In this document: one piece after another, positions 52,101 to 64,000 of the stretch
Position numbering within the stretch: the stretch's first letter is position 1
Layout: each line of letters begins with the position of its first letter
Assembly: GCA_977030845.1 (NCBI GenBank)
Contig: OZ365112.1
Coordinates: 19,220,001 to 19,284,000, forward strand
Direction: 5' to 3'
From: Fimbriosthenelais zetlandica
Taxonomy: Eukaryota
DNA: 64,000 nt
Notes under the pieces: model-generated
What the model saw: only the letters and a program-made list of their open reading frames with translations
Database searches by the model: none
What the model was told of the DNA's origin: nothing
Program-made: the position numbers and the translations under genes

Positions 52101-53579
52101 CAATTAGCCTGTGAAACACATTTGACTTTTCAACCCAAGGCTGCTTCTGCTTTAAAAATGCAACTCAAGACCTCTATCAACAGCCAGAGTGAGAATGCCT
52201 TGGTTCCTATACTAGGCAATGAATTTGAAACGAGTGACCATGAAGTTAGTTGCAATTGGAAAACAGTCACCTTGAAGGCCTGCATGATCTACCAGTAGAA
52301 ACCAACAGGTATCTTCCATAGGTTCCTTTTAGAACCAATGACCAAAGCCAGCTCTACTCATTTCAATATGGCCAGATATGAAATACTGAAATATATGGGA
52401 TCATAATAATTATAATGAACAAATCCCTAGCTGTGCTCCGAGGTAGATTACAATCCATATCAAAAACATTATGTTCCAACATGATCAAATGGTAAACTAT
52501 TAGGGAAGTTCAGATGAACGTGATCTGCGTACAAGACCGTTGGGTTTGATATAGGTTTTCCATCTTGTGCCGTGAGGTCATGAATATTTGATATTGGTAC
52601 ATCGTAGTGAAGAAACCCATCCCACCAGACGGAGATTCTTTCAATATTTGCTGAGATACACCAAACCCAAAGAACAGAAGAGACTGAGCCGAAATTGAGA
52701 GCTGATGCCTGAGTGTTCAATGATTCAAACTACTTCCTTTTTACTTTGTCATGTGGACGATATAATTATGATGACAGTGATAACCATAACAGTTGGTTAT
52801 ATATAACCATGCAGCAAAGAACATTAGAAACCTATAGTCGGCAGTTGCCTTTGTAAACCCTGGTCGGTATGCATTTTTTCCCTCCTAAATAAGGAAATTA
52901 GGCAAGAATCTAGATCAGCGGCATCAAATGGCTGTGAGGTATTCAAATTAAATATAAAATTGGAGGGGAACTGCATGACTTATGTACATTATTATTTTAA
53001 TTGCTGATAGTTTAAGGTTCATGGAATGCGCAAGTTAACGACGGCTGAAAAGGTGAAGTTAACTTGATGCACGGGCAAGGGGATAAGTTCCTCTCATTCA
53101 GAGCCGTGAAGATTAAGTACAAGAGATGAAAAGGCAAAGTCAGAAACGTGTGAAAAAGTCCATTGCATCCAATCTTGGATGTGGTCACCGGCGTAAGACA
53201 ATGTTGGTGTTACACAATGGAAATATTATCAGACGAAGGCCCATTAATTGTCACACATTCCCGATGTTTGTTTCCTCTATCCAGTACAGCCTTCATTCAT
53301 CTGATATTCATGAATAGAGATGAAATGCCTGACTACGCCGAACAGAGATCCTAATCTGTCTCTAAGTTCACATATATCATTTCTAATGTGGGAAATAATG
53401 ACAATTCACAAATGGAATTGTTTAGAAATAAAATATAAATAAATATAACGTTGAAACGACTTTTAAATATACATTGTCGTGGCGAATTTGAAAATTCACG
53501 CATCATCGGGTTATCATGACCTAAATTCCCTGGCGGTATTATTCAGGTTCAATGCCAGTTCAAGTCTCATATCACAGAG

Positions 53580-54100
53580 AAACCAAAAGGGGGAAAACCC
53601 GCACCATTCAGATTGATTTGGCCCAATTTATATGGTAATTGGCCATACATTTCCCAGCCGTTTATATGGAGCAAGAAACTAAAGAAATCTTCCTCCTTCA
53701 GGAACAATACCAAATTTACATGTCCTGATGCTATTAAAAATAAATTACCATCACATTCATTTGGCATCTTATTGAAGGGAACGAGCGGACGTCACTTTAA
53801 TATCCAACACTTTTAACTGATTAATCTTCCTTCTCTTAACCCAAAAACAACCTAATGGGAACTAATGGGTGACAGAGAGGAATCTTGATTCCACTTTGAG
53901 CTATTTAAAGATGTCCCATTGGGGGTATGGGTGAAATAATGGTTTTTTATTCTCCGCAGACCTGGATTCTGTGAGATAAACTTATCCAGCTTGCCCATAA
54001 AGAGCATCTGAGAGGACTGACTGAGGGTTGGTTCGATGAATGAGAAGTGGTAGTGGAAGGACCTGGGTACACTAACGTTTAGGTTACACTAAGGCAAATT
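53580..54100 (+). mobile_element. Possible CR1-type RT remnant
   Basis: NQKG ~53583, GTSG..FNI..F ~53780, DVPLG (for GVPQG) ~53912, KDLG ~54058. Spacing compressed. Confidence 0.3.
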
Positions 54101-55299
54101 TTCCATCGGTCCCTAATGATTTGCAAGAGTTTTGATGGACCTTTGGCCAGGAGACAAGTCTCTGATTAAACCTTATATTCCCTTTTAATATACAGTCGCA
54201 AAATACGATAAATAACTGAAGTTGAATAACCAACTGAGGGAATTGAAACTAATACCTTCAGCAGGAATTTGCCGATTGGCAAGCAGTTGGCAAACCGCAT
54301 TGTGTATCCGCATTCTGAAAGTACCAACTGGTGGCTCTGGACTCATCATGCAGATCACGAGGCCGTGTACTCACTCAGTAGGATTACAATCCTCTTGTTT
54401 TTGCTACCCAGCAGTGCAACGTTTCCTATATATTAATAAAAACCTATGGGATGGTTTGTAAATATATTGGACAAGTTCTGATCTTTACAGTATTGTGTGA
54501 CCTGAATTGATCATTGTGCGATCTTATAGCCTATAAGATAGGATTGTCTAAAAGAAGATAAAGTGTGACCACAAGAGAAACAGAAAATAAGGATGATAGA
54601 TTGAGAGTGTCGAAAAAAGAGGATAAATGGAGGATCTGGGTAAGAAGAGAGATTAAAGCATCGACAAAAACTCCAGACACTTCAATGTTACTTTCCCCTC
54701 AAAAATAAGTTCAGAAATATATACAAAAGAGTAACAATATTTTGTAAAGACAAAAATCATGGAGAAATAGTATCTTGGGAAAATTATGAAATGAATCAAC
54801 ATTTCTTCAGGGAAGAATATTTCTTTTTAATTATAAAAAAAAGCAGACCCTGAGGAAAGAAGCGAGAACTCAGAATCATTTTCCCACCAACGAGTAAACG
54901 CACTACTACTTTTTTATGGAGAAACTCGACCCCAATTTCAGCTTTCCTTCTGGATCTGCTTGAACACCCATAAATAGCTGTGAGAAAGAGGCTGGAGGGT
55001 GAGCATTGTGAGGCGACATTCTGGTAGAGGACAGTGTTTGTCATGTAACAATAGGGACACGATATAACTCTGTTTAAACACAACAGGGCGCAGTGACAGA
55101 ATCTTGGTCATAGCTTCAAGGCGATTTGGAGGCGAAAAACTACAACGAGCAAGCCAATCGACGTATGGTCGGGGTTAGGGAATTGCTCTCCTTCCTTCTA
55201 CCTAACCTACTGCTGAAGGAATTGCATGGATTTGGGACACAAGTCAGTGCTTTTGGGCGAGAAGATGTACGGAAACGTGAATGGAAGGGTTGAGAAATA

Positions 55300-58200
55300 A
55301 TTGGCTCAAGCAAAAGTTGAATTCTTCCTTATTTCGGGGCCATATATGATCCTTATGATAATATATGTGCAAATTCATTCATTGAATATCTGGGAATTTG
55401 TGTAGAAAACAGTTCCATATAAAGTCAGCACAAGGCAAAGCAATGAATTGTCTGACAAGTCTAAGTTTTGCCAATGATACATTCTAATGAAAACTGTGTA
55501 ATTTGATATGAAACAAACACCGTCTTCATTACAATGAGTGTGTGAGGACCAAGGACCAGAAATAATATTTGCAGTGGGTGAGAAAACTCAATTACACCCT
55601 GGTCATGAATATCTTCCAGTCCTCCCACTCTGTCCTTAAAATCATTTTAAATTCATTAAATTTGGGGACAGGTCGTGACAGCTCATCCGACGGATAAAGA
55701 TGATTCTGAATTAAATAAGGTAATTTATTTTCAGTCATTATTTCGTGGATATCCACATAATAGAAAGGCATTTCATATTTGGAAGGTTTCTCTTTTACTT
55801 TCTTCACTTTTGACATTTTACTCTTCAGTTTGGTTTCATTGATTTTACTATTTATTTCAGCTGTATTATTATTGTGGGGGAGGTCAAGGGTAGCTTAATT
55901 TATTTTGAGAAAAAATATATATTTTGTAAAGGTTTTGGGAGGAATGGCTATTATGTTTGTCTCGACATCGACCAGGAGGGGCTGGGAGGTGGGAGAGCTT
56001 ATCAGCGGGTGCAGAATAACATCCCTCCTTGGTGCAGCTATCTGAACCAGCTCTAGACCTGTTCACTGTGGGAGGAGCACTGATCCATTCACAGGCTAGC
56101 GACCCCAAGATTCAGACCTTCTCTCTTTCTCTACTCTGCCTACAAATCTAGGCTAGCACCTTGTCAATAGGGACTCGGTTACGCCTATAGGTATATTAGT
56201 AGGCTACTAATATCACTATCATTTCTTGAATGCTACATCCATATAATAAGGATTGCTTTGTTGGCCTCGAGAATTCAATTTATTTCTCAATGGATTTTTT
56301 TCTGGGTCATGAGTTTTGACATGGCCGTGGCCAAGGGTCCTATACAATATTATCACCTCTAATCATTTCAAGAGTTCCAATAATATATGTTTGGTATGTG
56401 ATGAGCGTTTGAATCTTTTGGCAAATTTCTTTCAATGTACAATATTTCTGTTGGCATAGGGATCAGAACCTCTGTTTAGATTGTATTGCTTCCCCTCTAT
56501 ATGCTTACATTCCAGCGAAGGAATGGCTTATCGACACTAGTCTATGTCTAATCCCTCATTATATCCCTCCCTAAGTTTTGAATAATCTGCTTAATATATG
56601 TATGGCTGTAGGTTGACAAAATCCATATCTGAGAAACACGATCTGCTATCTGTCTGAGCAGGGGCTAGCAAGCAGATTAAATATGAATTCAGACTGAGAT
56701 AGGCCGATAGTGTATTGAATGCACTTTTAAATACATAGAGTAAGATTCATATCAAGGATTACAATTCAAATTATCTGCATGTACTTTAACTGTGTAAACA
56801 TAGTGTAGGCTATGTGAAACCAATGGACCCATCGGCAATGCAATCAAAGGCAATAATCAATGGTATGGGAAGATGGAGTGTAAAAGAAATACAACGTATT
56901 TGGTGGGCTTCTTTCCAGACATTCAAATAGTTATTTCTTGGTTCGCGTACGTGTGATTATATATATTAATGGGGTTTTGTGTGTTGAACAAAGCAATCAA
57001 TTCTGGCCATCCAAAAATAAGTTAAGTGTTCTTCACACACAGTATAGGGAGACAAAATGACTTTTTCTCTCAGTCAGTCACAGGAAAAGGACGAGTTTCA
57101 TGTTATCTTGTATTAGGCATTGGAAATTATAGGCCCTAAAGCTTAGTCCACTTTTGACTGTCTGAATGACCTAGCTGATTGGAGAGAGAACGGAATGTAG
57201 GACTTTATAGAAGGCATTCAGATTCAGGCAGTAGTAGTGATTTCAGATCAGATTAGAACCAATTACTCAGCCTAACCAAGTCGATTGTAAAGTGTCATTA
57301 ATCGACTTATATGACCCCATTCCACCTTAACGAGACAAGCATAAAGATGGATAACAATCCTAGGCCTCTCCAGGCTAAATTTTGGACAGTTTGATATTGG
57401 GAAAGAAACCCTCCACAAATCAGTAGAGGCATGGAGCGGATCTCTCGTACGTTACTTCATTATGTCCTACAATTTGTGAGTGATTTACTGGGCTTTACCT
57501 ATAGAATGATGAAATATGTTATAGGCAGTTGGTAGAAAACAATCCTATATAGGAGCATCACTGTGATGGGAGAGAACGTACTGTGGAGCAATACCCAATC
57601 CACAATGTTATATATGGAACAATCATTACTGCCCATCCGCCAATAAGAGAAATACTTTCCATGTAATTTAAGAGTCTCCGAGTGTAAAAACACATGGGAA
57701 ATTATATTTTGGGGAACTCTAGAAATTGTCATGAGAGCAATTAATCAACTGAGATAGGAGGATCCTGTATTCCGGGGAGGCTTGGTGTCAGAGGGTTACC
57801 TCAGACAAGAACTCAGCTTCAGAAAGATAAACTCACGACTCATTCCTATAGCTGTGATACCAAGCCAGCAATGTGACACACTGATTCACACACTGACAAT
57901 GTAGCCTGATGTTTTAGCATGTATTTAATGTGCCATTTCCCCTTCTAAGTATTTAAGTATAACTATACTTAGCTGAAATTGGATAATGTATTCCCGAGAG
58001 GGACATGAATGAAATCTGGTGGTTATTTAAAGAATTAAAGGTAACAGATTTCATTCGGTTTTCTAGTGTGTTTTTTTTTAAGAAATCCATATTTGAAACT
58101 GTTGCATGTATATCCTCATTCGTTTTATTTACCATTTGATTTATTCGGGCTAAGGGAGGAAAGCAATGACATCTTATTCCAGTTCCTCGCTAAAAGCTTC

Positions 58201-59208
58201 GTGTGAGGGGATGTCCCCAAGGGCACCCCTGACATAAGAATTTATGGGCAACAGCTTGATGTGGATTTGAATGAATGGGAAGCAAAATTTTAATTGTTCC
58301 CGAGAGAAAAGGGAATAACATCTGGGTATGGATTTATGAATGATCTGTGCTTGTGGGCTGAGGGTCGCAAGTAGGAGACAATTGGCCTGATAGGACCCAC
58401 TATTGATAAATTATGGGTGTCACACCTACACCGGAAGTACTTGATGATTCAGTGAGAAACCACAGTGGCACGGGAAAAAATCTGTATTTTGGGGGATGTC
58501 CTAGTTAAATTGTGGAATGGGCTTCTAATTCCATCTTATATTTCATCAAGAGATGCCACTACATTACAATATAATAAAGGTCAGAGAGAAGCTTCAGTTA
58601 ATTCAGAATTATCTACACTGTGCATATAGATCTTTATTTTTAGTTGTTAATTATTCTTTTCTGTCTCCGTATGTATTAAACAGTGACTCAGTTGAGGCAA
58701 TGCACTGGCCCTCAAGTAGACAATAAAGGGTGAAGAAGGCTTGCCATGTAAAGGCCACCTGTTTCATGTTCACATTCCATGTACGCAGTTAACCAAGGGT
58801 ACACTGGGAAAAGACACTGATCAGAGGAGGATGAATGCAGCCAGTAAAGACTTTTTAACTTTTAATGCTTCATTTCTTCTATCCAGACCCATGCCATGCA
58901 CCAGGACAAGCCTGCTATGAACACTTGTCAATGATACCATCAGGGTTTCACCACAAGTGCAGAAAGTTCAGGTGAATCTTTATTGCACAGAACTCAAATA
59001 ATCTCAGTGACTTATTAGCATTGAGAATTACAAACCAGCCATCAATCAGCAAGTGAATAGACTTGTGTCTAAAAACTTTTGCCATTTAATAAAAGACTGG
59101 GGAGATACAGGCTATTTCCTTTTATAATAGATGCAATGCTGTCCGTGTGAACACCGCTCCTCTGACTGAGATGTGACAAGTCTGGCATGTGGGTTGCAAG
59201 TTACTCAT
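55300..59208 (-). mobile_element. Decayed L1-clade LINE ORF2 (EN-RT-C-terminal)
   Basis: Minus strand: ATG at 59208 then ISVRGA (for NVRGL), LSD ~58580, PG-like ~57775, FSPITV in ORF 57499-57732, KVEW (for RVEW) 57328-57317, PFSLQ..FRQ ~57185, SGKK ~56920, LKYMQII 56789-56769, ILSRL ~56595, PNIYYW 56394-56377, MPFYY ~55770. Confidence 0.65.
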
Positions 59209-59249
59209 TTTCAGCAGAAATTCCATTTACTTTCTTTCTGGACTGGCAC

Positions 59250-62200
59250 ACAATATTGCCTTTTAATGACAGGAGCTAGATTGTCCGCATGGAAAGACGG
59301 ATGTTCAGTCTGAATAGTTTGGATCAAATTTGAAGTTTTATGGCAATTAGGTCAGGATAAACAAAAAACACCTCGATTGAATACAAATTCAGGAGGAGCG
59401 GCAGGTGCATCATGTGGGATGGATGACTTCGTATCAAACTTTAATCATACGCACTATATCCTGGACAGAGTATAGGATCCCGTTCACAAACTAAGCACAG
59501 AAGGGAAAAGGTTGAAAAATATGAAGAGCATCCTTGGTATATATGAAGTTGTCATTATAAGAAATAGATGCGGAAGAAGACGAAAATCGCAGAAGGTCAT
59601 GAAATATCCACTTAATGAAAAGAATGCATGCGTTGGTGGAAAAGCAAAGAGAATGCATGAAGAACTCCTGTAGTGGTGAATATACCTGGAAGATACATAT
59701 CAGGTTTTTATTTAATCTTACCGTAGCTGCCATTTTCTTTTTTTATCCCGGCTTTCAGGGTTGGGCAGGTGTCTTGGTGAACCCTCCTCATCTGTGCCCT
59801 CACTCTCCCCTGACAACGTCCTCACTGTTGTCAATGGAATCTCTTCAGGATTCCTGGGGACACCCTTCCTGTTCTTATTCTTCATGGACAACATGGTTGG
59901 TAATCCTCAACACTGACTAAAATATTCGACCAGGGGTGAAGTATCAGACATGTTAGAACCCCTCAGTGAAGGGGTCTACTAAGTATTTTCCCTGCCCTTA
60001 CGGAGGGCTTTAGCACCCCTGAATAGGGCTACAACTGTCCGTAACCCTCTAAATGTCCTCGTATCACCGGACTTGCCCATTAATGATGTAATATCCTATA
60101 TATAGATCCAGGAGTAAACCCCTTGCTACTATCATGGTTGTTTTAAAGTTCTATCATGAAATAATCCTGTTGCAACATATATAAGAGAAATAAGCTCCAA
60201 TGGTTGTCTGGGTGTGGGATGCATGCAACTTCTTATGAGGGTAATGATGATGGTTGGATGTGATATAGGGAGGTGGTAGGGGCGCCTGCTGACGCTTCTA
60301 CTGAATGGGTGCAGCAGTGCCGGAGATTGAGTGTTCTGGTAGATATTAAGCTCCTGGCGCTTATACCAGATGTGGGAGCTGCTAGTTTAGTAATACTGAC
60401 CACCTGGTAAAGGTGTTGCTTATGACCTTGTTCAAGCCACATCATATAATCCAGTATACTTAAACTTCCAATACAGTGCAGGCCTTCTCTTTCATTTACA
60501 CTCCTTACTCCTTTTCCTTCGCTTACCTCCTCGTCGTCTCCTCAAGTGCTAACATAACCCTTTCAAAGTCCAAGCCAGAGATAATAGTGACAGGAGCAGT
60601 TGCAGCCCTCTTGATGGTACTTCACCATCAAACTCTCCTTTACCAATCATGTCTATGAATATATACAAACATCTTAGCTTGTCTACCTCCTATAGTTGAG
60701 GACTTACTGTTACTTCATATCATCAACCGCTAAACAAAGGTCGAACGAAATGAAAATAAATCAGCAGAAAAAGGCAAAAAGTATCAGAACTCTGATGAAC
60801 TTTAGAGGTGAGTCATTATTTGGTGAACTGAAGGACCATCAGGTCAGGTCCTTTTGACACAGGTCAAGTTATTTGATATGGTAATCCCTCTATAAAGTCC
60901 TCTGCAGTTAATTATTCCCACCTTTCATATCATTTCCTTGAATATATCCACTTCAGTCACAGTTTCAGCTTAATTCTGACAGTAACTGTTATCCTGTTTC
61001 ATACATCCTTTGAGACATTCCTTGGACTTCCTGGTCCCAAATGCAATGGGCTCTTTCAAAAGCCATTGCTTCTTTCTTCAATCACATTTGGTGTTCTTTT
61101 CCATTGCCTCTGGCATCACCAGAATTCTGGAAAGTGTGTCACAGGAAATGCAGTTGAATGTGGAGTGTTGCCTTCGGTATAGACCAGTGTCTAACCACAG
61201 GGCCAGTTGCCTTTAACTTGACCTCTTATAAAAGGAATAGCAGACTCTCATCATTACTTTGTTGAAAACCTTTCCAGCTACAGCAGTTTGCCTTCTGTTG
61301 CTTGTGTATTCAAATACACAGCCCATACCCTCTTCTTCTGGAAAGGAAATATTTGCTAAGACGCCTAAGGTTGCTTAAAGCAGGGGGGAACCGGCTGGCA
61401 AGTCTTGATCGTTCGGCCGCAGGAGGAACATGCTCATTCCAGTTACACAGCACTGGAGATCACATATCTGGCACCATGTCCGGACTTCAACAATCACTAC
61501 TACCAGTACATACAGAAAAGTACTCCAAAAGGTGAAAAAAGTTGGTAAGACAATAGAAAATCATGTACGTATGGACGGTCTCCATTGGGTCTCTATTTGT
61601 GAATGTAGTGCGTTAGTAGGTTTGTATTATATATAGGAATGTAGTTTAAGTTGGCGGTGGGGGTGACTTTTGTAAGGGGTGTTAGCCTGCCACCCTCCCC
61701 CAATTGTCTGCACTACTAGCAGGGCAGTGTAGGGTGGAGGATTTGCTGTATGGGGTATGGAGGATGGTTGGTGGTAGTAGTAGTGGTGGTTGGGGGTAGT
61801 GTGGGTGTGGTGGTGGAGGAGGAACAGGAAGAGAGAGGCGACTGGGTACACACCAGGAGACACCCAGACTTCACTCCTCACACTCTTGTCAGTATACATA
61901 TCTCCCAACACCAACTAGTGATGAGATTACAACCGCCAGGGTCACAATATTAAACCCTACTTCACCATTTCCAGTGTCCAGTTCGCCATCCAGCTATATG
62001 TACAAAAATATACATGAATAAATGACAAGCATGGAAATATTTGGGGAAACAACATGACGGAAGAGGTAAAAGGAGGAGATTGGGAGATTCGATTAAGACT
62101 AATTTTCCGGGATATTACATCGTGCCAAGGGAAAGTAAAGTGGGGAATGGAAGGGTACTCTAGAAATGATAGTCAATTTCCTGACTACATTTCCCATCGA

Positions 62201-64000
62201 CATCACCCAGGCCACAACCTCACCCATGTCCAGGTTTTCTGTATTGTTTGAAAAGGCAGTATAGAGAATCCCCCTGAGCAGTCACGTGACTCACGAGATC
62301 CAGGGGGAAGCTCTTGATAAGGACCTGTTCACATCGAGTCCAGGCGACATCGATATCAAACAAACCCGAAAGCCAGAGAGAGAGAGGGCTATAAGATCAA
62401 GAGCATTGGCCTCTTGATATAGGAAGGTGAAGTATCATTTTGTTTGTGGACCCATGTGTGCACACGCGTTAAAATGGTAAATCCCAAATGAGGGTCTTTT
62501 ATTTAGAGGTCATAATGGAGATTGAATTAAGTCTTCATTTTATACCAAGGCAATTAAAAGGCGACAACATTAACTTGTCTTGGAGGGAATGGAGTGGCGA
62601 ATACAATTGTGTTTTATTATACAAGATGCAATTATATTCTATTTCAGACGAGTGAACTTGAAAGGATCTCCTCTCCGACTGAGGGGGAAGGCATCCTTAT
62701 TCATAAAAAGGCTCCAATCCAAAGGGTTTGTGATATTAACCTTTCTACACAAGTCACTCCTTACAAAGGTGGTCCATTTATCCTTCTTTCCCCCCACAAT
62801 ACTCGTTTCTCCTTCTGATATTAATGGAGTGTGGCAAGAGACTGACGTAATGAATAGTGGTAATGAAGCTGGAAATTACAAGTAGCACCTATCACTAATA
62901 CAACCATCCCCCTAAGCTATCAGGAAAGGAGAGTCCTCAGACATTAACTAGGTAATGGTATTAAGTAGGAATGATTAGTTTGGGGATTGGCTATGAAAGG
63001 AAGCAGTTGGCGAAATGACTAACGTGTATCAATAATATTGTGTTATTTGGCTTACAGAAGTCTCTAAAACTCAAGATCTCAAGACTAAGGAGTAAAACAA
63101 GTCATGAAGACTATGGCAACAATGACAACCACTAACTTTCTGAATGGGTTTCAACATTTGCCAAAGGGCGTGCACCCTTTCATCTGAAGCAGCAATTAAT
63201 GTCTTAACAGGTCCCGCCATAAGGCCTTATACCCCCTGCTAATACATTATTGATCTCCGCAGATGATCATATAAGAACAAATAGAGCGTTACAAGCAAGA
63301 AGGCTAATGAGAACTTGTCACAATATACTGCATTACATGGCAAGCATTGCTGGATATTCAGGTCACACAATAACCTGGAAAAAAACTGATCTGTTGGCAG
63401 TATTATCCTAATGCTTAAAAACATGTACGCAAGCTATAGATTCTGAAACTCCAGCACCAAATATATAGCATTGGTTGTTAAAATAGGTGGGGAAATTGTA
63501 GGTAGAAATATCATTTTTCCTCAAAGTATGTTTTTCTAATGTGAACATCAGAAGGGAAGAAATGAAGCAATGGTGTCTTCATCAGTGTGTCTTGATGACG
63601 GTGGATGTGAATCGGGTGGCCTGATCACCCCATGCCCAGTAACCGGAACAAGATAAAACTAGGCCATGGATTATCTTGATTTTACTGACTGGGAAGAATC
63701 AATATTCTATAGAAACCTTGCCCATTCCGTGTGGACATGCTACAGTGGGTGTTTATGCGCTGTGACACGAGGCATTATGCCCTTTCTGTCAAAATCAAGC
63801 GGCGGACTTGACCTCACAATTCAGGATGTCTCTCATGAGCCCCCAGAGATGATAAGTGTCACATTTCGCTCATTGTTGGACCCTTTAAGATATATATGTA
63901 GATTCAAATGAATTGCCCAGAAGATATCCCCGATACTGCCCCTTGTTGTTAGTGAATGCCAAATAGTAAATTAAATGTATTGGATTCCATTTCAGGCAGG
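59250..64000 (+). mobile_element. Decayed L1-clade LINE (ORF1 plus ORF2 EN-RT), running off the window end
   Basis: ORF1 hallmark ENRRRS*NI (for ENRSRRNNI) 59582-59608 and IFPAL 59985. Endonuclease: FLQSHL 61073-61090, GG..LDRS 61383-61415, RMDG..VS ~61570. RT: LGIG...K*L ~62980, QRACTLS ~63165, ADD 63259-63267, SGHTITWKKT 63358-63387, LSKSSGGLDL ending 63815. Confidence 0.75.
61765..61850 (+). repeat. G-rich low-complexity tract inside the L1 fossil
   Basis: Degenerate GGT/AGT/GGA run (ggtggtagtagtagtggtggttgggggtagtgtgggtgtggtggtggaggagg). Confidence 0.65.

Noticed and set aside
52469-52790. RT active-site-like words LYADH (minus) and HVDDII (plus, 52750-52767)
   Set aside because: Two conflicting isolated motifs with unconvincing flanking order. 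A Copia-like remnant is possible but I cannot support it without an HMM search.
1-64000. rRNA, tRNA, prokaryotic operons, terminators, spliced host exons
   Set aside because: No recognisable rRNA or tRNA consensus, no long ORFs or operon structure. Small exons cannot be excluded or supported by eye.

Overview
This is not prokaryotic DNA. It reads as vertebrate-type non-coding genomic sequence: AT-rich, visibly CpG-depleted, with no intact gene, rRNA, tRNA or CRISPR array that I can support. All ORFs are short (175 aa or less), and several of the longest are fragments of decayed retroelements. Translating by eye across stops and frameshifts, about half the window looks like old L1-clade LINE fossils: seven copies at about 2.3-7.8(+), 19.4-22.3(+), 24.4-28.9(+), 38.6-42.7(-), 43.0-47.6(-), 55.3-59.2(-) and 59.25-64.0(+) kb. 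There are also weaker remnants of a Gypsy pol, CR1/L2/RTE reverse transcriptases, a hAT (Charlie-like) transposase and a Tc1 transposase. The fossils are heavily substituted but keep near-native motif spacing, as expected in slow-deletion large genomes such as amphibians or lungfish (the host is inference only). The main structure not explained by these elements is a ~790 bp AT-rich array at 36.64-37.43 kb. It has 47 indel-free decamers with helically phased T-tracts, higher-order order, a perfect 44 bp fold-back arm, and a strong CTCF motif ~120 bp away, and it lies where L1 orientation flips. Other signals are an ETS/YY1/CCAAT motif cluster at 11.07-11.76 kb and a 43 bp YY1-bearing motif shared between 8.3 and 39.8 kb. 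All transposon calls come from manual motif reading and need a frameshift-aware HMM or RepeatMasker check. I found no novel protein-coding system.
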